DNA of 64,000 nt, from NCBI GenBank assembly GCA_964658305.1, contig OZ210885.1:17174001-17238000 (forward strand). Direction: 5' to 3'. The notes under the pieces were generated by a model that ran no database searches, was not told the origin of the DNA, and saw nothing but the letters and a program-made list of their open reading frames with translations. This stretch comes from Leptogorgia sarmentosa (Eukaryota). This document shows positions 12,695-25,311 of this stretch, piece by piece (within the stretch, counting starts at the first letter, position 1; each line of letters opens with the position of its first letter). The translations under genes were made by a program, and so were the position numbers.

Positions 12695-13659
12695 ACCAAC
12701 ATACCCTTTCCGATACAACGAAAGATATCATATTGGCTTCATGGAGAGAAGGTACTCTAAAACAGTATCAAACATATCTAAATAAATGGGAAAAATACTG
12801 CTGTGAAAGAGGATTAAACATTTTCAAGGCAAGTGTAGATGAAGCTATTGAATTTTTAACATTTTTGTTTCAATCCGGATTAGGTTAAAGTGCCTTAATA
12901 ACAGCTCGGTCAGCCTTATCTCTTTTGCTACCTGTCACTGATGGATTTAAATTTGGAGAACATCCCATTGTTTGTCGATATATTAAAGGGATTTTTGAGC
13001 TTAAACCGGCTCTGCCGCGTTATACTGAAGTTTGGAAGGTGTCTACAGTGTTAGATCATCTTAAAACCTATAAACTTGCAGATGAACTGACAATGAAGGA
13101 ACTTACACTTAAATTAACTATGCTTTTGTTTTTGCTAACAGCACAACGGTGTCAGACAATACACCAGCTTGATGTTAATTACATCCAAGCAATGGAAAAT
13201 AAGTATAGAATAACAATAATGCAGAAGGTAAAACAATCTAAACCAGGGCGATATCTAGAACCAATAGAATTACTAGAGTTTGTGGAGGACAGGAAACTTT
13301 GTGTTGTTTCACATTTGCGTCATTATCTTAGTAGAACTCAGCAATTGCGAGAGAAGTACAGTCAACTACTATTGAGTTACGTGAAGCCTTACAAACCAGT
13401 TTCTAAGGAAACCATATCTAGGTGGGTCAAGTTGGTACTACAAGCAGCGGGAATAGACGTTACTAAATATAGAGCACATAGTAGCAGGGCAGCATCGACA
13501 TCACATGCGGCGAAACAAGGCCTAAAACTACAAGAAATTTTGAAGGCAGCTGGCTGGACAAATTCGACAACATTTGAGAGATTCTATCATAAGCCAACAG
13601 AACTCACACAGAACTTTGGGGAAACTGTTCTAAGTGTTGATACATCTTTGACTCTATGA
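12487..13659 (+). pseudogene. DIRS tyrosine recombinase (one in-frame stop at 12886-12888)
   Basis: TAQRCQT (catalytic R), KQSKPG, HSSRAASTS (HxxR), AGW, FERFY (catalytic Y). Confidence 0.92.
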
Positions 13660-14779
13660 ACTATTTATCGGATCAAAACTTTATTGTTTGAGACTTATTG
13701 ATCCTTATTGTCAGTGAAATATATTTTGTTTTGTGCTTAAATTGGTATTGCAGTTGTTTCGTCTGAGCAGAACTTTAAAATCTCATGTGACTCCGTAGTG
13801 ACGTAGACTGATGGCAGAGTAGAATTGGAGATTAAACGAGACTTACCTGGTAAGTTGAAGTTTGATTGTAATTCTGCTATGCCATCAGTCAGGAACGAAG
13901 GAGTCACATGCCCATAGGCACCCTCCACTCCCTATCCTCCTTCGTTCCATGTTTTCTGCTCATTCTCACTTGATTTGAAAACTGATCGGCAAAGTGCGCA
14001 TGCGCATCTCATGTGACTCCTTCGTTCCTGACTGATGGCATAGCAGAATTACAATCAAACTTCAACTTACCAGGTAAGTCTCGTTTAATTTCCAATTCAT
14101 TAGTAAATATAGTATTTTGCAAATTTACTGTATAGTTCTGTCTTATATTTTACTTATGCATTCTGTATGCTTCATGATACTGTATTATAACTTTAGACGG
14201 TCAAGCGTTGGCAGCAAGAATCTCGAAGCAAATCAATCAATCAAAGATCCAGATGGTGAATTTTGGTGTACATCTCCAGACGCTACTGTAACTGATGAGT
14301 GAAAAAGTGAATCTGCGCAATCCGAAAAGTCAAAAAGAGAACATGAAACCGAAAAAATCTGCTACTTCTCTAGATCTCTCGGCTTTCGGAGCTTATCTAG
14401 TTTATTTACTTTTCAAGTACAAAGTAATCACAAACATTAAGCTATAGCTAAAACATGATGAGCATTGTTGCATTTCAAATATCTTTTATATGCATTTCAG
14501 GGTGAAATTCTGCAGTATTTCATAGTCCATGAAAGAAATGATTTGTCATATAATCCTCCTTCAAACATATATATACGGAGTTAGACTTCGCGAGAATTGT
14601 CTTGGAAGGAATTGTGTGGGTACACCACTACACCACTGCACAAACACATTTTCGTTTTAAACTTAAACTCTTCTGAATATATATGTATATAATTGTTAGC
14701 TGCACAATATTCCATACAGATATACCTCTTGCACTGTTTACAAAGGCAAAAAATGTTCCTGGGATATTCTTTCTTTTAC

Positions 14780-15436
14780 AGTATCTCATGGCAGCTTTAC
14801 TGGCACTAGCTTCAACACCAGAGCCCAGTGCTGCCACGAACAAGTAATCGATGTTAAGTTCTTTCAGACCATCCAACTAATGAAACAAAACTATAAAAAA
14901 AGAAAATACATTTAAACATGGATAGATTTTAACAATTTAACATTAACTGACAGAAGACACCCGGGACTGTAAAAATAGTCAAGCTATATGCAGAACAGTG
15001 GAACTTATAAAACAATGAAACAGTCCAGTATTCCGCTGGATAATCAGACATTGCAGGATTCGTATATTGCAGTGCCTACTGTCCTGCAAAGGGTCTATTA
15101 AATTGAGGACATACATGCTTCATAACTTTATTTAGTTGTCGTTTCGCATGGGTTTCCTCATCAAAATGCTCCCATCAGTCCTTGCTCTTTGAACATATTC
15201 CTTCTTTCGAGCCTCCTCCAATGATCGCCACCTTTGCCCCATTTCAACGTTTCTTTCGTTGAGAGTCATATGCCTCAAAGAATCTGGAACAAAATTAAAA
15301 TATAATCTGTGAAAACTGAGTGCAAGGGTATGACATCTAACATACATAATTTACATGCAATTATATTTCTAAAATAGTTAACTTACCATCATTAAGAGTG
15401 CTTTCCTTGCAGAATAATTGGTATCCATTGATTCCA
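14780..15436 (-). pseudogene. Spliced HMG-box gene remnant, convergent with the KDZ transposase
   Basis: Exon 15436-15387 (GINGYQLFCKESTLND, G|GTAAGT) splices in phase to the exon starting at 15283 (DSLRHMTLNERNVEMGQRWRSLEEARKKEYVQRA), giving the NGYxxF...MGxxWxxL...KxxY HMG-box pattern. A further possible exon lies at ~14876-14780. Confidence 0.7.
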
Positions 15437-17059
15437 CTAATGATTTAAGGAAGTTAATATTTAACATACATTTATGTGTATATATAAAATATATTATAAG
15501 ATTAAGCATTCTTATTTCCTTTTTCCTCATTATCCTTTCTCCCATTTAATGTTTGTTCGATAAATTAACGTCGTCAAATTATGTAATATAATGTCGCAAG
15601 TAAAAAAATCTCATGAGGCATTTCAGATTAAAAATCCATTATTATGTCTTATAATATTGTTTTCTGACCATTGAAATTCTATGAAATCTTCTCCCAGAAG
15701 CTATAGATTTACAGCGCTGAATTGAGGATAGGGAAGAAATTAAAGTAAGAATGATAAACAAACAGATAAATTATAACATAAAATAACAGAAAAATTAGCA
15801 ATGTGAGAATAAAGGTTAATAGATAAGGTTAAATGATATTTTAAAAATAACGAAGCACAGCAAGACTACCGATCAGAAAAGACCAGTGGCAGAAATTTCG
15901 GCCAATTTCCCTCAACCTCTAAAGATAACTGACACTACGGCAGAAATTTTGCTCTAAAAATGGTGAAAAAGGGCGAGAGACGGAAATTTAGGGGAAAATG
16001 CCGTTCAGAAAAAGTGAATTTCCGCCACTAGAAAAGAAGAGAAAACCAAGAAACTCGCGAATATGGTCGTTTGAGACCCTCAGGGAAAACCCCGCACATT
16101 TTCGCGCTATGTGCGCCATACGCGACAGAATCAACGATACATACATATATTATATTTGAATAATAAGGCTAGACTTGTGTCACTTGTGTCAAAGACGATG
16201 ATGTACTTATTTCAACATAGATGCAGGACAAAGTAAATGAATTAAAAATGAACAAAGTAGACAAAGTACTGGCTGAATAAAGGCTAATTTGGACCATATT
16301 CATTATTGCCCTGGCTTCTCAGGTTTTATATCAGTTATATAAAACATGAAAAATACTAAAACCGTGGATATTTGGCCACAACTTTACTCTAGTTTATTAC
16401 CTTGACATGATTCCTTTCAAAAATGTAAACTTTCTTCAAGGAACAAAATATTTAAATTAAACACGTACACAGACAGCACAGCGATACCGCATGAAATGAA
16501 GATGTATGCAAATTACAGTTCATCAGATTTCCGGCGGATATGCTTTTAATAATCTGAGCCGATCTGGCTTGGAGATCTGGGCCGAACGTACAAAGTACGC
16601 GTACCTTGAGCGGCTATCAGCCTGTAATTTTAAGCCCGAATATACAGCTATTAGCCGTGTGTGTAAGACGAACCGGGTCGTAATTTTTTTTTACTTTAAA
16701 GAGGTGTGCAACGAAAATCGTATACTTCATCATCTGTTTTTTTAGTGGTTTGATCACGCAGTCAAATAGTAACTTGTCCCCAGGGTTTTTTTTATTTAAA
16801 TAAAAAAACAGACCTTATATGAGATCCTAAATAGAATTATATAGAACGTAAGTTGATTTATACACAGCAAACCAGACCCCATATAAAGCCAATAGACTAT
16901 GTATAAAAGTAGACTTTATATAATAGCATATACCTTATACAAATAAAATACGCATTATATAACGAAAACAGACCTTGTATATTAAGAAGTAACAGACATA
17001 ATTTAGTGAAAACAGGTCCTTATGTTTGTTGTAGACTTTTGTCCACTATGGCACCTGAT

Positions 17060-19922
17060 ACATTCTAGAACAGTATGAAGTGTTGAAGAATTATTGTTAC
17101 AAGAAAACTACAAAAGATATGCCTTTAAATTGGCTTTATTCAACTAAAAATTAAACATAATATTTGTAACAAAAATGGCGGCCAAAATAACACTTTCTTG
17201 AGTTGTACGCCGACTTTTATATGCGGGCTCAATTAACATATATTAAATATTCATAACATTCTCCCCATTCTTCTATACAAAGTACCTATTAAGGTGAAAA
17301 TATAAGTGAGTCAAAGTGGTCCAGATCGTTCTCCCTATTACTAACCAATAAAGTTTCATAGAAGGTTATACAGTGACTCGGACGTCGTAGCGCACATAGT
17401 GCGAGACAAAGTGTCTGGTGCGACATTCGACTTTCCAGGACGATAAATTATATCGAAACTGTAACAAGCTAACTCTAATTTCCAACGTCAAAGGCGCTCT
17501 GGATCAGGCCGAATTTCTCCTTCTTCTACTTCATGTCCAAGAATGGAAGGCACCTGGTGGAGAACACACTCTTCGTTGTTGTAAGTAATATTCTTGCGTT
17601 CTGCAGCCTCCAAGAAACGCTTCAAATTTTTACCACAGATCGTGATATTATCCAGATATGGAAATGTTGCCTTAAGATCCTCTTCTTGCATGAATTTCAT
17701 CATCTCTCTTTGAAAACACGCAACACCATTTGTAATCCCGAAAGGAAGACGTGTAAACTGATATAAACAGCCCCTAGCTTCAAATGCTGTGTAAGGTTTG
17801 TCTTCATCGTTAAGGGCAACCTGATCGTATGCACTACGTAGATAAATTGTACTGAAGACTCTGTACTGGGCAATTTGATTCACTAACTCGTCAATTCGCG
17901 GTAATGGAAAAGCGTCCAAAAGCGTAAATTTATTGATTGTTTGCGAATCATCGATGGCCAGTCTCTTCTTGTGGTTTTCGTCTTTTGTAACCACCACCTG
18001 TGCTCGCCAAGGGGACTTGCTTCGCTCAATCATACCTAGGAGCCTTTCTACTTCGTTATCGATGAATGACAAATCTTCTTGGCTATATCGTCGAGATTTA
18101 GTGGCAATGGGGTGACAATCAGGGGTTAAGTTTGCAAAGGGTTCTGGTGGATCCATATTCAGAACACTAAACCCACAAACGACCAAAGGTGGGTCAGGCC
18201 CACCATAGTTGAAGACAACATTCTTGTGCTTTGACTGAAAATCCAGCCCCAAAATCATATCGGTACACAATCCTGGCAAAACGGTGAGACGAACATTTTC
18301 ATATGTATGATCTTGATATGCTAGATTAGCTAGACAGTAGCCAGCAACTTTAGTGACAACTTTGGAGGTGGCCAAAGATACTGTTCCGGAGGCAGGGTGA
18401 ACTGGAAGGGAGGCCGTCTCAACCAGGCTAGGATGAATAAAGCTTTCGTTGCCGAATCGAATTAGAAACAAGCCCTGTTATGAATGTGTCTCGAACGCTT
18501 TTATCACGGTATTGACCAGCTGTAGCACTTTTAAAATTACAATCTTTACTTAGGGTCTTCAGTGCTTGTAAATATCCGTCGATAGTCTTGTTCATCTTTT
18601 GACGTCTTGTCGAGCGTAAATTTTGTTAGACGGTTTGACAAACAAGGCTTCTAGGGTTGCAATAGCTGCAGTATAATTCTCGCTGTCCTCGATGTATTGG
18701 AAAACGGTAGGTGATACAAAGTTAGTCAATACTGTGAATTTATCTAGTCCTTCTTCAGGCAAAACTGACAGGAAATTTTCCAACGTTCGCTTCCAATGCA
18801 GCCACTCTGCTGCCGCCGTGCTACTATTAGGATCCACTTCCAAACGGTCAGGTCGTAGTACTTTATCCATAATTTTAGTTTAATTAATTGTTACAAGAAA
18901 ACTACAAAATAACACTTTCTTGAGTTGTACGCTGACTTTTATACGCGGGCTCAATTAGCATATATTAAATATTCATAACAATTATTTCGTCCTCACTGCA
19001 AATACTGACCCATCCAATACCAACAATTGTATTTTGGCATCACTGCAAAACCACTTCACTCAAGCTTATCTGGAATTCCTTAGTTACCAACTGGAACGTT
19101 TGAATGCCTTTAATCGTCTATTTCAAAGTGAACAACCCCTGCTTCATAATTTGAAACATGAGCTCCAACTTCATTGAGCTCGGCATTGTGAAAACAACTC
19201 TGGTAAAAGATCTTGATCCATCCGATGTCACGCAACACGTCCCATTACACCAGACGTACGTAGGAGTAGCTGCAACTACAACTATACACTCACTAAAAGA
19301 TAAGGCCAAGGATGAGGACATCAACAAATTTCTGATCGACTGCAAAAACTTTCTGATCGACTGCAAAAACTTTCTGATAGAGAGTATTGTCCAGATAAAG
19401 GGCAGATTTAACAACTTGAATGCCGAATACCACGACCTTGTTGAATGTCTTCAGCCAGAAAATGCCACAAACCTTAAACCCAGGTCATTGGCAAGAATCT
19501 GTGAGAAAATGCCTTGTCTTAAGGAAGTACTGGATACAAGCAAGCTCGACCTAGAATGGAGACTACAAGCCCTCGTCGAAAAATTAAATGCGACTCTTTC
19601 CTGGGACGAATACTGGTTAGCTGTGCGAGATGCCCAGACACCAATGTCTCAGCCGAAGTATCCTAATTTAATCAAATTCTTTGCCATTCTTTCCTCTCTA
19701 CCCCATTTCCAATGCAGCTGTGGAGCAGGTCCGTTCAGTCAGCTCAAGTTAGTCAAGACAAACCACAGAAATTCCTTCAAATCAATGTCACTGGTTTTAT
19801 TGCTTCAAAGCAAATTGAGTTTGAAGAATCAACACGTCACTGCTGGGAGTCTCCAGTCTGGCAAAGAACATTTAAAACTTGCATGGGATGCAAAATTTGG
19901 ATGGCCAGCAAGGAGGAAGTAA
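17060..19922 (+). pseudogene. hAT transposase C-terminal half, interrupted by a Gypsy element
   Basis: Removing 17095-18985 restores ILEQYEVLKNY|FVLTANTDPS...AYLEFLSYQLERLNAFNRLFQSE. Downstream is the hAT dimerization region EYW...KYPNL...LSSLP...FSQLKLVKTNHRN. Confidence 0.75.
17095..18980 (-). mobile_element. Internally deleted Gypsy LTR retrotransposon with very short LTRs
   Basis: LTRs TGTTAC...TAACA at 18889-18980 (92 bp) and 17095-17258 (same sequence plus a ~72-bp insert). 5-bp TSD ATTAT on both sides. PPT GAATGGGGAGAA at 17259-17270. gag start 18870-18592; protease/RT 18471-17488 (ILGLDF, SPWRAQ, LPFG, YLDN). Confidence 0.9.
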
Positions 19923-20764
19923 AAGGATTGAGAATGGAACTGTTAAAAGAGATTCTAATCTCTGAACAAACTCTTGTACAATCACAAATGTTTTAAAACT
20001 TTCCGTTCCTGATTTTTTATATTCTTAAGCTATATATAAAAGTCATATTAAAGGTAATCCATTAACCATTTTCCAAAATTAACTGATAGACAGTTTTAAT
20101 TGCAAAATAGGTTTTTTACCTTTCAAATTTCAAAGCAAAATGGACAATTCGTTAAATTAAAAAAGGAACGTTCAAAAGACAAACGCGAAGGAACTTAGAG
20201 TCCATTATCCATTCTGCCCACGAAATGGTGGCATTTCTGAAATTTTTCTTACGATGACATGTCATATGTAGCTACAAAACCTTGAACAATGTATTAGTTC
20301 CTAATTTCATCATATTTGTCACTACAATTTGGTTAGAATTGGCTGTAAGTAGTGTATAATTTATAGTAAATTACCCAGTATGGAATGTCAAATTCCTGTG
20401 CACCGGAATTGTGATAAACGTTTTTAGCTGTGCACCAAAACGTATTAATTTTCAGCGAAAACTGTGCACCACTCCACACTCAACTCACAATATCAAGACA
20501 TACAATAATACAATGATACGATTTATTGCCAACAAACAGCAGTGCATTGGATTATTTATACAATATTATTATACAAATATGAAACTGAAACAATACTACT
20601 CTAACAATTCATGCGGTCAGTACATTTCAACTTAGTAAACTTACATCTTGTTAAAACACAACACATTGCATTAGATGAAAAATGCACTACCAATATATTT
20701 ATAGACTACAAATAAAGTTTGCTCAGGATAGGAAGGGATAGCACCCTTTATTATTATGCAATCG

Positions 20765-22135
20765 TCACAAGACCTGGCTTGCTTTGTAAGAGTCTGATGA
20801 TCTTTTCTTCAAGTTCCCAACTCTATGTCTTGGTAGTTTATGTTTCTTGCATCCGTCAACATACAACTTTGCAGCGTCTTTTATGATGTTTTCAGAATTA
20901 AGGACATTTTCCGTTGCCCAGTCCAATATTGATCTAACCTCCAACGTTTCATGGTGCTGTCGTACTTGTCTTTGGGTATCCATGATGCTATAAAAGCTTT
21001 CTACTATAGCCTCCGAGCCGCCCATGGACAGAGCAACATCAAGTGCTGTCATAGCCACTTGACCAGCTCTATTATAGAGTGCCTCCACAGTATACATCAA
21101 ACGGACAACTTCTTCCTCATTTACAGTTGCTTCGAAAGGTGCGTGATACCTTCTTAATACACAGTTGATGTTTTTCTTTTTGCAATGGCTTCAGTTTAAT
21201 CAATGATGTTTCCAAATCAGCTTTCACCCTTCCAAATTCAATCATGCTCTCATCTTGAGGGACAATGCATGATAGTAGACTGGCCAACATTTCTCTATCC
21301 CAAATGAAGAATCTCAAGCATTCTTTAAAGTCTCAAAGAACACTTGCGTGCATTCACTCATGAAAACGCTCATCTTGAAGAGTTGCTCTGTGCTTGAGCC
21401 TGCACACCTCTCTTTAAAATATATCTTGAACTCTTCATTACCGAACTCCTCCAAATCACCCTCTTTGATCTTGATTCTTCCGTTTTCAAGTTTCTCTCCA
21501 CATAAATGGATAAAAGTCTCTTCAATATCAAAGAAATTAGCCATTCCTGCAGCCTTGGTAACACACATTTCAAGGCGATTGTCGAGAGACACCGAGAGAT
21601 CACTGGCGTATTTTTTCATATCTGCAAATGAGTCTGCAACTGTTCGTTCTATCCATTTCGTCATAATTTTCTTCTGTGTTGTTTGTCCAACTTTCTCTGA
21701 CACAGTTTCGGTCCCGGAAATTTTCCAACCAGTAACCAGCTGAATCCCGTCGTAAACTGGTCTTGCATCTTCGTCATCATCCTCAGGGTGGCGATTATGG
21801 ATACTCTGCTTTAAAATTTCAATGTTAGATTTTAATCCACAAAAAGGAGATTTGGCAAAAAAAGTATTTGGATTAATCAATTTTACCTCAGCATTATCTT
21901 TCATTCTTGGAAAGTAATTTAGGTCACCACCTTCGTAACACTCTAACAAAGCTTCCTGTAACCAGGCAACTAACTCCTGAACCCAGCGGTAAGCCTTCCA
22001 TGGTGGAGTGGATATACCTTGAAACAGAGTCATGACTTTTGCTACGTGTTCGAAAACATCGGTCATCAGCAAAAGATCGCACACAAAAGTCTTAACCACA
22101 ATCTGTAATTTTTTTGTCCTCGTACTTACATACAC
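20765..22135 (-). pseudogene. Degenerate hAT-like transposase fragment (three frames)
   Basis: LLLMTDVFEHVAKVMTLFQ...PPW and a C-terminal GSEAIVESFYS motif resembling the hAT SxAxxExxFS region. Repeated TGTGCACC motifs downstream (20397-20470). Confidence 0.5.
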
Positions 22136-22630
22136 ACCTCATTCCAAGTACTTATATACACGACAGAGACACACGAACGATAGATATATAGTAATGAGAC
22201 ATTTTTATTAAAAAATATTAAAAATTTAAAATTTTTCTTAAAAATAACAAAATGAAATATGGTGAGCAACTGCCGGTTTTATTACGAAATATATCCTCTA
22301 AGCAATTTCTTTGGTAAATATTTTTAGATTATCAATTTTTCATAAAACTGTTTTAGCTAATATATATCGTTCGTGACTGTCTTTCATGAAGACAAGAAAG
22401 AAATACCAATGTTTATTTTCACCTGTGTCCCGTATTTCAGTAGTTATTATTTTTTTAACCAATCATATATCCATATTTTTTAAGGATTCAATTCATTTTC
22501 CAAGTTGTTCGAGGGTGTATGTGGGGCTGACACTTTTTGAGTCATTGACGATGTGGCGTTTAATTTATCAAGGTTGGTTAAATGTGGTGAAATTTTGCTA
22601 TATTTAAACCAACTTCTCTAACACCGTTAG

Positions 22631-25280
22631 TGTAATATTCTTAACTTTTATTCACAAGGTCTAGATCTATCTGTACAAGCTTCACCCAACAGGGTTTTTA
22701 TACCGCTATTCCTAATTATCATATCCTACTTAATATATTCAATTATTACCTATTACGTATACTACACTTTCCCCCTTTTTTAAAGGTTTTACTATATATA
22801 TATTTTTTTCCAGTTTTTTTTCCTAAATGTTTATATAGTTCTATAATAATAATAAATCTAGTATCTAATCAAGTGTCTATTAGGTAACCTAACTAAATAA
22901 TTGTTCTAAGCAATTGGTTTAAGTGTACGTTAATCGTTCTGGAGATCTTCTGCTTCGTTAAGGATAATGGCGGTTCTCGGCGTCATGACTTGCTTGACTT
23001 GATGTAGATGGGGATGCCGGTTCTCTGGGAGTCGTATTCCTTCCAAGGATTACTTCCTGTGACACGCCTTCTTGTCGCGGTGGGGATCTGTTCTCGTGAG
23101 TAGGTTGGGGAGTTAGTTGCTTAGTTTCTTCTTCTCCCGACACAGGAATATTTCCAAAATTCGCCAGCCATTCATCAGCGTCTGTTTCTCTGTCGTAAAT
23201 TCCTACCTTCTCAGATGACGCCACTAGTTGTTCCATATGGCACATTCGTGTTTCACCCCGAACTCGTACTTGAAACGTTCGTGGACTCAGTTTCTTCACG
23301 ATTGTTCCAAGGACCCATTTCTCTTTTCCTCCCCGGAAATTCCGAACTCGTACTGTTTGGTTGGTTTCTAATTCTCTTGGACTTCGATTCTGCGCCTGGT
23401 CTTTCAACTGCTTATCTTGCTGTGATTCTACATGTTGTCTCAAGTTAGCAGACTAAACGAATTCTGTAGTGGTCGCTTTAAAAATAACTCAGCAGGCGAT
23501 TGTCCTGTTACGGTATGTGGTGTACAACAATGTTTCATTAGAAAATTTGACAACCTATGTTGTACCTTCACCCCGGACGTGCTGTCCTTATCTAACACTT
23601 GCTTTCGTAACGCTTGTTTGACTACTTGAACTGCTCTCTCAGCTGCTCCATTACATGCGGGATGATACGGTGGACTGACTATATGTCTAATTCCATTCAT
23701 TTGGATGAACCGTTGAAACTCTTGACTGACAAACCCCGGCCCGTTGTCTGAGACGATGACTTCAGGCAAACTGTAAGACAAAAACAAGTTCCGAAGGATC
23801 TCGATGGTCTTGGCCGCGGTCATTAATCTTGTAGGTATCACTTCGATCCATTTGGAATGGCTGTCAATCAGAATTAAGTAGAAACTCTTCTCAAACTCAA
23901 AATGGTCTACATGTATTCTTTTCCACGGTTCACTCGGCAAATTCCACGGATGTATCGGTGCCGCCGGGGGAGCGTTCAAATTGGCTTGGCAGGCATTACA
24001 TTCACGAACTCTTGTTTCAATCTCTTCGTCCAACTTGGGCCACCATAAATAGCTTCGGGCCAACGCTTTCATGCGACAAATGCCTGGATGTTGGTCATGT
24101 AAATCTTCCAAAATCCTCTTCCGATGACTTGGAGGGATCACCACTCGTCGTCCCCAAAGGACACAACCTTGATCAGCCGACAACTGAGATTTTCATCTTT
24201 GACCATGTTGGGCCATCCACTCAAGGTAAATTCCAAAACTCGTGACAAAACGGGATCGCGACTCGTGGCTTTACTGATCTGCTTTGCAGTTACCGGTAAC
24301 TCATCAAAATAGGATAACTGAAAGACTTCGGCTTCCTCTCCAATTGCAGGCGATACTCTCTTCACAGGCAATCTGGATAAAGCATCTGCGTTAGCATGTT
24401 GACTCGAGTTTCTGAATTTGATCTCATACTTGTAAGCTGATAGGATAATTGCCCAACGCTGCAATCTGGCTGCTGCCAGCGTCGGGACCCCCGTTCTTGG
24501 TCCAAAAATCGTTACCAGCGGTTCATGATCAGTTTCTAACGTGAACTTGCACCCATAAAGATATTGGTGGAATTTCTTTACCCCAAAAATGATGCCCAAA
24601 GCTTCTTTCTGCAACTGGGAATAATTCCTTTCACTGGAGCTTAATGTTTGAGACGGGAACACAATTGGCTTCTCACTACTGTCTTCTAATACGTGGGAGA
24701 TCACCGCCCCTACTCCATACGCCGAGGCATCTGTAGCCAACTTCAGCGGTTTACTAGCATCATAATGTGCCAAAAACGAACTGTCTACAAGTTTTTCCTC
24801 ACTCTGCTCAAAGGCTTCCTCGCAAGCTGTAGTCAAAACCCAAGGTTGATTCTGCTGTAAGAGCTCATGCAATGGTTGACAAATTTGGAATAAATTTTGC
24901 ATAATAATTCAACAGTCCCAAAAACGATTTAAGTTGAGTAACATCTGTGGGAACAGGAGCATTTCTAATAGCCTCCACTTTCTCTGGTAGGGGATGAATT
25001 CCTTTACTGTCTATGCCATGCCCAAGATACTCTACATAGGGTTGCACAAACACACATTTCGACTTCCTTAACTTAATTCCATGCTGGTCCAATCGTCTTA
25101 AAACTTCAACTAGAAGCTTTAAGTGTTCTAAAGTGGACTTTTCATTCACCAAAATATCATCCAGCCGGCAACATACTCTATTCAGTCCCCTAAGAATATG
25201 TTCTAGCACCGCCTGGAAAATCGCTGGGGCCAACGATACTCCGAAAGGCAATGTTGTATAACGATACAAGCCCCTATGGG

Positions 25281-25311
<31 letters not shown>

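Larger units (their letters stand above)
10108..14097 (+). mobile_element. DIRS1-like tyrosine-recombinase retrotransposon (5' end missing)
   Basis: Overlapping gag, RT-RNaseH-MT and YR ORFs. Internal complementary region 13823-13910 is the reverse complement of the 3' terminus 14010-14097 (...CCAGGTAAGTCTCGTTTAATTTCCAATT). Confidence 0.93.
4810..14302 (+). pseudogene. Intron-containing KDZ (Kyakuja-Dileera-Zisupton) transposase, disrupted and interrupted by nested retroelements
   Basis: GT-AG exons: 4810-4928 (ILYDIACMLVKHLQ), 5019-5101 (FAIPIFHCYGH), 5402-5582 (SPRRKGGFGLTDGEMLERVWAY...HRVDVL), 5728-5817, ~6107-6184, 6987-~7161 (ERWFLLSLK) and 14197-~14300 (DGQALAARISKQI). YDIAC, FHxxGH and GLTDGExxER are KDZ hallmark motifs. 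Confidence 0.8.
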
